In this document: positions 46,247-50,739 of the stretch, one piece after another
Layout of the letters: each line of letters begins with the position of its first letter
Numbering within the stretch: the stretch's first letter is position 1
Source of the DNA: an uncultured Spirochaetales bacterium
GTDB lineage: Bacteria; Spirochaetota; Spirochaetia; JABEVK01
DNA: 50,739 bases
Reading direction: 5' to 3'
Assembly: GCA_964624355.1 (NCBI GenBank)
Contig: CAZUXL010000004.1
Coordinates: 1-50,739, forward strand
Program-made: the position numbers and the translations under genes
The notes under the pieces: model-generated
What the model was told of the DNA's origin: nothing
The model's database searches: none
The model's input: the letters and a program-made list of their open reading frames with translations, nothing else

Positions 46247-46738
46247 CTAGTCAAATTCCCCGGGATGAACCAGCCAAAGGATTTCTCCCCCATGGGGCTG
46301 AAGGTCATGGGAGAACTTTAAAGCCAGAACCGTCGGGGTGTGAAAATTCAATCGGTCATAAGAGGAGGGGGCGACCAGCAATCGGGCGAAATCGGTGACA
46401 AAAGGGTTGTGGGTGAATACCCAGATCGAATCGAATCCCCGGTTCACCCATCCTTGGATTTCCGTTAAGGCTTCCTGTGGATCTCCCTCAGGGGTGAATA
46501 AACTTGACGGTTCCAAGGCAAAGGTGCCGAAATCCAGTATTTTAGAAAATCCTTCGGCGGTCTCCCGAGCTCTTAAGTAGGGACTGGTGATCCGTAGTCC
46601 GGGTTTCCAGTCCATGGTCTTTACCTGATTTGCCACGTCCGCAAGCCGTTGCCATCCCCTCTCCGAGAGTTTCCTAAAGGAATCGCCCCGGGAATGGGAG
46701 ACTTCAGCTTTGGAGTGGCGAACCAGGTAAAGGTTCAT
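46247..46738 (-). CDS. sixA: Phosphohistidine phosphatase SixA
   Basis: MNLYLVRHSKAE...RKLSERG...VFTHNP. I place the start at the ATG ~46738 (AGGA SD), 10 nt after the malQ stop. The track extension to 46858 overlaps malQ. Confidence 0.75.
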   Translation of the reverse strand: MNLYLVRHSKAEVSHSRGDSFRKLSERGWQRLADVANQVKTMDWKPGLRITSPYLRARETAEGFSKILDFGTFALEPSSLFTPEGDPQEALTEIQGWVNRGFDSIWVFTHNPFVTDFARLLVAPSSYDRLNFHTPTVLALKFSHDLQPHGGEILWLVHPGEFD

Positions 46739-46748
46739 TATCTTAATC

Positions 46749-48302
46749 CTACTTCCGAACCGGAGCTCGTCCATAAAGTTTGGTGATATGGTGGAGTCTT
46801 GAAGCCAAATCTTCTGGAACCTGTCCGGAAAGGATTCTCCAACTCCAATTTTTATCACTGAGTGTGGAGGGGGTGTTCATCCGCCCATCGGCTCCCACAT
46901 TAAGTAGATCTTGCATGGGTACCACGGACCATCGGGCTGTGGAGGCGATGCAAGCCCGGACAAATCCCCAGACCACGTCTTCCTCGTGGGCATGAACATA
47001 GTCCCGGGCTAGTTTTTGGTCCCCTTCAGGCACACTGCGGTACCAGCCCAGGGCTGTATCATTGTCATGGGTCCCCGTATAGACGATGCAGTTTTGAACG
47101 TAGTTGTGGGGTAAAAAGGGATTGTCGCCGGAGGCACCGGCTTCCGATGAATCGAAGGCAAACTGGAGTATTTTCATCCCCGGGAATTCAAAGTGATCCC
47201 GCATTTCTTCCACTTCCGGGGTGATGACTCCCAGATCTTCGGCGATGATGGGAAGTCGTCCCAGGGCTTTCTTGATGGCTTCGAAAAGTTCCATCCCCGG
47301 TGCTTTTACCCAACGGCCGTCGATGGCGGTGGGTTTCCCCGCGGGAATTTCCCAGTAGGCTTCAAACCCCCGGAAGTGATCGATCCTCAAAATATCCACC
47401 AGTTTTAGAACACCTTGGACCCGATCGATCCACCATTGGAATTTCTGTTTTTTGTGAGCATCCCATTTGTAAAGGGGATTACCCCAAAGTTGGCCCGTGG
47501 CGGAAAAATAGTCCGGAGGGACACCGGCAACCAGAAGAGGCTGGCCGGCCTTGTCCAGGTGGAAAAGTTCTTTGTTAGCCCAAACATCCACGGAATCCGC
47601 TGCGACAAAAATAGGGATGTCCCCAATTATCTGGATTCCTTTATCGTTGGCATATTTTTTTAGAGCCAGCCATTGGGTGTAAAAGTACCACTGAATGACT
47701 TTTATGGACAAAATTTGCGCCGAGAGCTTCTCGGACCAAGCCTTTACAGCCTTGGGTTCTTTGAGGGCAATATCCGAGTCCCAGTAGTTGGACCACATTT
47801 TGCCCATGAGATTATCCTTGTCCGCTATGGCCTGAAAGTGATCCTTCACCGCCATAAAGAGGGCAAAGTCCTCAAGCCAGTGGGATTCTTCTTTTACGAA
47901 TTTCTCAAATTGTGCTTTTCTTTCTGGGGACGCTTTGGCTAAAAAATTCTCCGCGGCCTTATTTAAAATCGGCTTTTTCCAGTACTGAACCCAACCAAAG
48001 TCCACCTTTCCCGAGGGGAAAGTGGGGAGATTGTGGAGATCATTTGGGTGCAAGTCTCCCAAGTGAACCAGTTCATCCAGGGAAATCATCAGAGGTTGTC
48101 CGGCAAAGGTGGAGAAAGAGGCGTAGGGTGAATCCCCGTAACCTGTGGGTCCGAGGGGTAAAACCTGCCATAGAGTTTGTCCGGCAGTAACCAACCAGTC
48201 CACAAATCTCCTGGATTCAACCCCCATATCCCCAATCCCATGGGGACCGGAGAAGGATGTGGGGTGCATTAGAACGCCGCTGCCGCGAGTGAATTTCATC
48301 AA
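46749..48302 (-). CDS. malQ: 4-alpha-glucanotransferase (amylomaltase, GH77)
   Basis: 517 aa. GVLMHPTSFSGPHGIGDMG, PLGPTGYGDSPY, LRIDHFRGF, IAEDLG, YTGTHDNDT. Confidence 0.92.
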   Translation of the reverse strand: MMKFTRGSGVLMHPTSFSGPHGIGDMGVESRRFVDWLVTAGQTLWQVLPLGPTGYGDSPYASFSTFAGQPLMISLDELVHLGDLHPNDLHNLPTFPSGKVDFGWVQYWKKPILNKAAENFLAKASPERKAQFEKFVKEESHWLEDFALFMAVKDHFQAIADKDNLMGKMWSNYWDSDIALKEPKAVKAWSEKLSAQILSIKVIQWYFYTQWLALKKYANDKGIQIIGDIPIFVAADSVDVWANKELFHLDKAGQPLLVAGVPPDYFSATGQLWGNPLYKWDAHKKQKFQWWIDRVQGVLKLVDILRIDHFRGFEAYWEIPAGKPTAIDGRWVKAPGMELFEAIKKALGRLPIIAEDLGVITPEVEEMRDHFEFPGMKILQFAFDSSEAGASGDNPFLPHNYVQNCIVYTGTHDNDTALGWYRSVPEGDQKLARDYVHAHEEDVVWGFVRACIASTARWSVVPMQDLLNVGADGRMNTPSTLSDKNWSWRILSGQVPEDLASRLHHITKLYGRAPVRK

Positions 48303-48328
48303 TTAATCCTCCAAGTAATGAAGGCATT

Positions 48329-49633
48329 TTAGACGGAAATCCCAGGACTCGCAAGTGGATTATGAAACGTTTTACGGAAAGCCCTTACCGGACTGCCTTG
48401 GTAGACCATATGCAAAACTGTGGTATCATCGTGAAGGGCTAGATCATTTTTAAACCTGGTAAAGTCATGAATGAGAGCTTCCATAAAGTCTCCTCCGGCT
48501 TGAAAATGGGTAAGAAGTCTTTGCTCGCCGTACTCCTGCCCTTGGGCGTCCAACTGCTCCACCAACCCATCGGTAAAAACCAAAAGCTCTTCCCCGGGCT
48601 TAAGGACCGTCTGATAAAGAAAGGGGTCCAAGTTTAAATCCAATCCCACGGGAAGATTCATCTTTTCCCCCCTCAAGGGACGGACCCGGTCCCCCCTGCG
48701 AAGGTAGGCGTGGCTGTGTCCCATATCTGCCCAAACCAACCGTCCGGAGGCCGTATCAAAGTTGATAAAGAATCCGGTGAAGTATTTTTCCAATTGAAAG
48801 GATTCGATAATGGATTCATTGAGCTTTTTTATCAAATTCTTCATGCCCTGGGAAAAATCGTACATACGAATAAGTCCCCAGAGAAGGGCGGTAATAAAGG
48901 ATGCGGCGACACCTTTCCCTGAGACATCGCAGAGAGTCAAAAACCATTGGGTCTTGCCAATTTTTTGAACCTGGTAAAAATCTCCCCCCACCCCTTTGGC
49001 ATAAAGGGAAAAACCCTTAATCTGAGCCCCTTCCAAATCCCTGTCCAATCCTCCCCGCATAAGCCGGTCCTGAAGATGCCCGGCCAGTTCAATATCCGTC
49101 TGCACCACGTGGGAAATGTAGAGAAGCAGGTCCTGGGATGAAAAAATGCCCTCAAATCGTCCAGAATTTCCCCGAAGCAGGTAATAGGTGATGAGTGCTT
49201 TATCCAGTCCTTCGTGAAGTTTTTCCGACACAAAAAATAAATTGTCGCTGGTATCGAAGGACCGGGCGGGTTCGAGAATCTGGTCCACGGTTTTTTTTCC
49301 CAAGACCTCCCGTCCAAAGGCCCGTCCCAACAAACCAAAAAGATTCACCCGGGTGATGATTCCCAGGGAGTGTCCATCCCGATCCACCACCGCCACGGCC
49401 ATAACCTGGGACATCTGGGCTAAGGAATCCGCCAGATCCGCAATCTTGACTGTTTGTCCCACGGAATAAAAACCGGAGGCCACCTTTTGTATGGATTGGC
49501 CTTTGGTAATTCCAGGACTATAGAGTTTGAGTATCATAACCACCTCTTGGTCCCGAGCTTGGATTGGAAATGTGAAATAATGGTTAAATCCTGCGGAATT
49601 AACGAAAAGCTCACATCCCTGGGGCAATTTCAA
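48329..49633 (-). CDS. CBS-domain PP2C/SpoIIE-family protein phosphatase (RsbU-like)
   Basis: N-terminal CBS pair (VMAVAVVDRDGHSLGIITRVNLFGLL). PP2C/SpoIIE core: GGDFYQV, LCDVSGKGVAASF, FTDGLVE, HDDTTVL. An alternative start is M33 (~49537). Confidence 0.85.
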   Translation of the reverse strand: MKLPQGCELFVNSAGFNHYFTFPIQARDQEVVMILKLYSPGITKGQSIQKVASGFYSVGQTVKIADLADSLAQMSQVMAVAVVDRDGHSLGIITRVNLFGLLGRAFGREVLGKKTVDQILEPARSFDTSDNLFFVSEKLHEGLDKALITYYLLRGNSGRFEGIFSSQDLLLYISHVVQTDIELAGHLQDRLMRGGLDRDLEGAQIKGFSLYAKGVGGDFYQVQKIGKTQWFLTLCDVSGKGVAASFITALLWGLIRMYDFSQGMKNLIKKLNESIIESFQLEKYFTGFFINFDTASGRLVWADMGHSHAYLRRGDRVRPLRGEKMNLPVGLDLNLDPFLYQTVLKPGEELLVFTDGLVEQLDAQGQEYGEQRLLTHFQAGGDFMEALIHDFTRFKNDLALHDDTTVLHMVYQGSPVRAFRKTFHNPLASPGISV

Positions 49634-49647
49634 CCCGGGAGAAAAAA

Positions 49648-49995
49648 ATGAGCCTAATTATCAAAGCGGGGCCAGACATCCATGATTATTTAGTGATCAT
49701 CCAAGGGGACCTGGATCTCTATGCCACTGCAGAAGTGAATGGTTGCTTTAAGGAAATCTTGGAAAACGGGGCCAAGAGGATTGTTTTGGACCTTCAGGAT
49801 CTGGTGTATTTAGATAGCTCCGGGGTGGGGGTTCTCATCCGCCTTCTACAAAATGCCGCAGGCTTATCCGTGGCAGTGGGGGTTTCGGGTCTCGGGGGTA
49901 CACCGAAAAAAGTTCTTCAACTTTGCAATGTGATCACCCTTTTGAAACTTTTTGATCACCCCCAGGACGCTTGGGACCAGCTAGGTAAAAAATAA
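49648..49995 (+). CDS. STAS-domain anti-sigma-factor antagonist (SpoIIAA/RsbV-like)
   Basis: 115 aa. LVYLDSSGVGVLI includes the phosphorylatable Ser. Confidence 0.85.
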   Translation: MSLIIKAGPDIHDYLVIIQGDLDLYATAEVNGCFKEILENGAKRIVLDLQDLVYLDSSGVGVLIRLLQNAAGLSVAVGVSGLGGTPKKVLQLCNVITLLKLFDHPQDAWDQLGKK

Positions 49996-50522
49996 TGTTA
50001 GTCATCCGCAAGCTGATCATCGATGAAATGAATGAACTTTTTGACGCCCAGGGAATGAAGTATATGGAATTTCCCAGTCATTATGAGAAAATAAGGGATT
50101 ATACCGGGGAAGTCTTAAAAGACTGTCCATCGCAATTTTTAGAAGGCAATCTACTGGAACAACAGCTTTCAGAAATTATCAAAAACGGCATAAAACACGG
50201 GAACCTCTGTAATCCGGAAAAAAAACTTAAGATTTGGTACGACCTGAGAAAAAGAGTTCGTTTTATCGTGGAAGACGAAGGAGTGGGATTTCAAGAATTG
50301 GAAAAATGGAACATCTTCTTCAAAGCCCGTCAGACGGCCCTGCATCATCAGGACTTTGAGAAGTTTTTAACCTTAGCCTCCTATCGAGGTCCCTTAAGTG
50401 ACGACAACGACGGAGGAAACAGTCTCATTGCAGCCTTGGAGTACTGGAACGGGGGCATGATCTATAACAAAAAAAGAAGCAAGGTCGGAGTTGTCCGGTG
50501 GTTTCAAGGGGGCTCAGAATAA
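49995..50522 (+). CDS. HATPase_c-type serine kinase / anti-sigma-like switch protein (RsbW/SpoIIAB-like)
   Basis: 175 aa. N-box EIIKNGIKHGN, G1 VEDEGVGF, G2-like GGNSL. Its start overlaps the STAS gene stop. Confidence 0.7.
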   Translation: MLVIRKLIIDEMNELFDAQGMKYMEFPSHYEKIRDYTGEVLKDCPSQFLEGNLLEQQLSEIIKNGIKHGNLCNPEKKLKIWYDLRKRVRFIVEDEGVGFQELEKWNIFFKARQTALHHQDFEKFLTLASYRGPLSDDNDGGNSLIAALEYWNGGMIYNKKRSKVGVVRWFQGGSE

Positions 50523-50539
50523 GAAATCCGGGCAGTCCC

Positions 50540-50739
50540 CTAGACTTTGAACCTTTGGGACACAGTCCGGGCTTCTTCGATACTTTCCTTATTACTTTGA
50601 CTCAATTCCCGAATACTCCAGGAGGCTTTGCTTATTTCCCGGGTCCCCAGGGCTATTTCATCCATATTAGTGGAGAATTCCAAAGAAAGTTGCCGAACAC
50701 CTTGAATTTTGCCCTGGGCTACGGCGCTTTCTTTCATCA
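50540..50739 (-). CDS. Methyl-accepting chemotaxis protein, C-terminal end only (the gene continues beyond the right edge)
   Basis: The reading frame is open to the window edge. The heptad-like tail MDEIALGTREISKASWSIRELSQSNKESIEEARTVSQRF is typical of the distal MCP signalling domain. The M in the track ORF is internal. Confidence 0.65.
   Translation of the reverse strand, partial: MKESAVAQGKIQGVRQLSLEFSTNMDEIALGTREISKASWSIRELSQSNKESIEEARTVSQRFKV

Overview
A densely coding 50.7-kb chromosomal segment. I call 53 protein genes, two of them cut by the window edges. I saw no rRNA, tRNA, CRISPR array, transposase or integrase. Many lipobox lipoproteins, chemoreceptors, c-di-GMP proteins and partner-switching proteins suggest a free-living motile bacterium, possibly spirochaete-like; that is inference only. 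From left to right: (1) a RavA/MoxR AAA+ ATPase fragment missing from the ORF track; (2) an XRE-cupin regulator with leuCD-type dehydratase genes; (3) an alpha-glucan locus with three lipoproteins (tandem-CBM21 protein, GH13 amylase, CBM48-like esterase) plus an MBL hydrolase and a GT4 transferase; (4) housekeeping genes (cvfB, serS, rpmB) mixed with uncharacterised genes, including a PilZ receptor; (5) a minus-strand string GGDEF cyclase - GNAT - secreted single-Cache protein - MCP with C-terminal hemerythrin; (6) gdhA followed by an archaeal-type NrpR/DUF128 regulator; (7) a GC-richer nitrate block: narK, ytfE/RIC, and nasA-moaA-moaC-mobBA-moeA-moaD-moaE-moeB, with a divergent Crp/Fnr regulator; (8) a periplasmic binding protein, an output-less HAMP-PAS sensor, sixA, malQ, and a CBS-PP2C / STAS / RsbW-like module. 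The strongest non-ORF signal is a set of TTG-N8-CAA palindromes. Each lies exactly 22 nt from a -10-like hexamer at the narK, ytfE and nasA promoters, and possibly at gdhA. This points to a Crp/Fnr-controlled nitrate regulon with no nitrite reductase in the window. All calls rest on motif recognition by eye. Coordinates I derived by hand may be off by 1-2 nt.
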